Shown: positions 62,143 through 64,000 of the stretch, piece after piece
Numbering within the stretch: position 1 is the first letter of the stretch
Layout: the number at the start of each line of letters is the position of its first letter
Assembly (NCBI RefSeq): GCF_001194135.2
Contig: NC_068981.1
Span: 2,942,676-3,006,675 of the forward strand
Source of the DNA: Octopus bimaculoides
Taxonomy: Eukaryota
Length of the DNA: 64,000 nucleotides
Direction of reading: 5' to 3'
Translations under genes and position numbers: made by a program
Notes under the pieces: generated by a model
Databases searched by the model: none
Told to the model about the DNA's origin: nothing
Seen by the model: only the letters and a program-made list of their open reading frames with translations

Positions 62143-62555
62143 GTGGCTGTGTGGCAAGAAGTTTGCTTCCCAACCACATGGCTCTGGGTTCAGTCCCACT
62201 GCATCACATCTTGAGCAAGTGCCTTCTACTATAGCCTCAGGCTAACCAAAACTTTGTGAGTGGATTTGGTAGATGGAAACTGAAAGAAGCCCCTCATATG
62301 AATGTGCGTGCATGCGCGTGTGTGTGTGTTTATCTTTATGTCTATGTCTGTCCTCCATCACTGCTTGACAACCGGTGTTGGTGTGTTTATGTCCCCATAA
62401 CTTAACGGTTCAGTAAAAAGAGACTGATAGAATAAGTATCAAGCTTTAAAAAAGAGTAAGTGCTGGAGCCAATTCATTCTGCCAAAAATTCTTCGAGGTG
62501 ATGCCCCAGCATGGCCACAGTCTAATGACTGAAACAAGTAAGAGATAAAAGATAC
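62143..62555 (+). mobile_element. CORE-SINE family A
   Basis: A-box, B-box, CORE-like CTTGAGCAAGTG, internal (TG)n and tail. Confidence 0.88.
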
Positions 62556-63270
62556 AAGATGAGATAGTCATGGCTGGCTTGTACACCTTTCATCATAAGA
62601 TCTGTTCAGTCAAGGTTAAACTGAATGGGGGGGGAGTGAGCAACTAGGGGAAGCCTCTTCATTATCACGCACTTCAATGAAAGGGGCTCAATGTGGTTGC
62701 ACATATGCTAGAAACAGCAGTCAAATCTCCTTCAAATTACATCCAACCAATTAAGAAAGAGGTGAAACAGTACAACAACTCCTGTTTTAGTCAGCCACCT
62801 TTTAACTACCATACAAGGCTGGATATCTTAATATTAATATTAAATTCATCATCATCTGCTGTTATTGCTTAGTTCCAAACAAACCCATGCTTCAAAGTGT
62901 TCCAGCCATGACCATCACCCAGGAATACTTTATTTAAAGTATTTCTTTTTAAGACAGTAAGGGTGAGATGTCAGGAAGATTTGGCTGCTACTTCTAGCAC
63001 ACTGAGAGACCACAGAAGCTTCCTCATTGACTCACATGAGCAAATGTTTTCTGGTCTGGTTGCTCTCATTGATAACAGCCACTCAACCATCAACGGTAGT
63101 TTTTAAACAAAGTGAGCCAAATGTAGTTAGTCCTATGACCTGTCTGCAACATTAGACGGACAAGACGGATCTATAGCAGCCATTTCCTACCTTTTGTCAT
63201 TGCAACCTATTTTAGTAACTTAATAATCCAGCATGACTTTTGCTTTTGTTTTTTTTCTGGATATGGAAAC

Positions 63271-63301
<31 letters not shown>

Positions 63302-63337
63302 GTCGTCGTCGTTGTCATCGTCGTCATCGTCGTCGTC

Positions 63338-63725
63338 ACGGATTGGCTCCTGTGCCAGTGACACATGAAAAGCACCATTCAAGCGTGATCGTTGCCAGTG
63401 TCACTTTACCGGCACATGTGCTGGTGGCACGTGAAAAACAACATTCGAGCATAGTCGTTGCCAGTGCTGCTGGACTGGCTCCCGTGCAGGTAGCACGTAA
63501 AAACACCGTTTGAGCATGGTCATTGCCAGAACCGCCTGACTGGCCCTTGTGCCGGTGGCACGTACACCCTCAGAATGGTTGGTGTTAGGAAGGGCATCCA
63601 GCTGTAGAAACTTTGCCAGATCAGATCGAGCCTGGTGCAGCCTCTGGCTCACCAGTCCTCAGTCAAACTGTCTAACCCATGCCAGCATGGAAAGTGGACA
63701 TAAAACGATGTTGATGAAGGTGATG
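63338..63725 (+). mobile_element. Family B element, three head subunits
   Basis: Same architecture as 5458-5840. Confidence 0.8.
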
Positions 63726-64000
63726 ATATTTGTAAAAGACCAACACAGTTTGACTTGATGCCATAATAAAATCTTTTATTAAGTGTCCATGCGTGGCATT
63801 GAGTTACTCCTTCACACAGCCCCAAGAAACATTTTTCATTCATCGACTCAACCAGTCACCCTCACAGCCAGCAAACACCCAAGCAACAGGGTCACGAGTA
63901 CTGCTTTTTCTCCTAATTAAAAAATATTTCGAAAGCAAAAGATTTTTTTTCCTTTTCGACCCTTTCAGAATTTATGCTGTGACCCAGTTTGGGTCACACC

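Overview
AT-rich eukaryotic scaffold with about 18 N-gaps. The repeat families (CORE-type tRNA-SINEs, (GAT)n-tailed RTE-like SINEs, Meta-type SINEs, abundant CA/TA/GAT microsatellites) point to an octopus or other coleoid cephalopod; this is an inference from repeat content. I cannot confidently identify any intact protein-coding gene, tRNA, rRNA or CRISPR array. Almost all supplied ORFs are artefacts of gaps, microsatellites or SINEs. The supportable content is mobile DNA: about 30 copies or fragments of a CORE-SINE with an internal microsatellite, about 20 copies of a bipartite (GAT)n-tailed element, and Meta-like SINEs. There are also piggyBac-, hAT- and mariner-type MITEs, Penelope-like terminal fragments with hammerhead-ribozyme motifs, and two decayed restriction-endonuclease-type LINEs. 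One LINE is R4/Dong-like at a (TAA)n array; the other is HERO-like and split by nested insertions. A CpG-rich domain (about 30-44 kb), largely SINE-free over 36.4-43.5 kb, sits between two CpG-depleted flanks and holds the best candidate exons. It also holds an odd 150-bp element with Helitron-like ends and inverted telomeric repeats. Repeat coordinates are read by eye and are approximate to about 10-20 bp unless given as exact.
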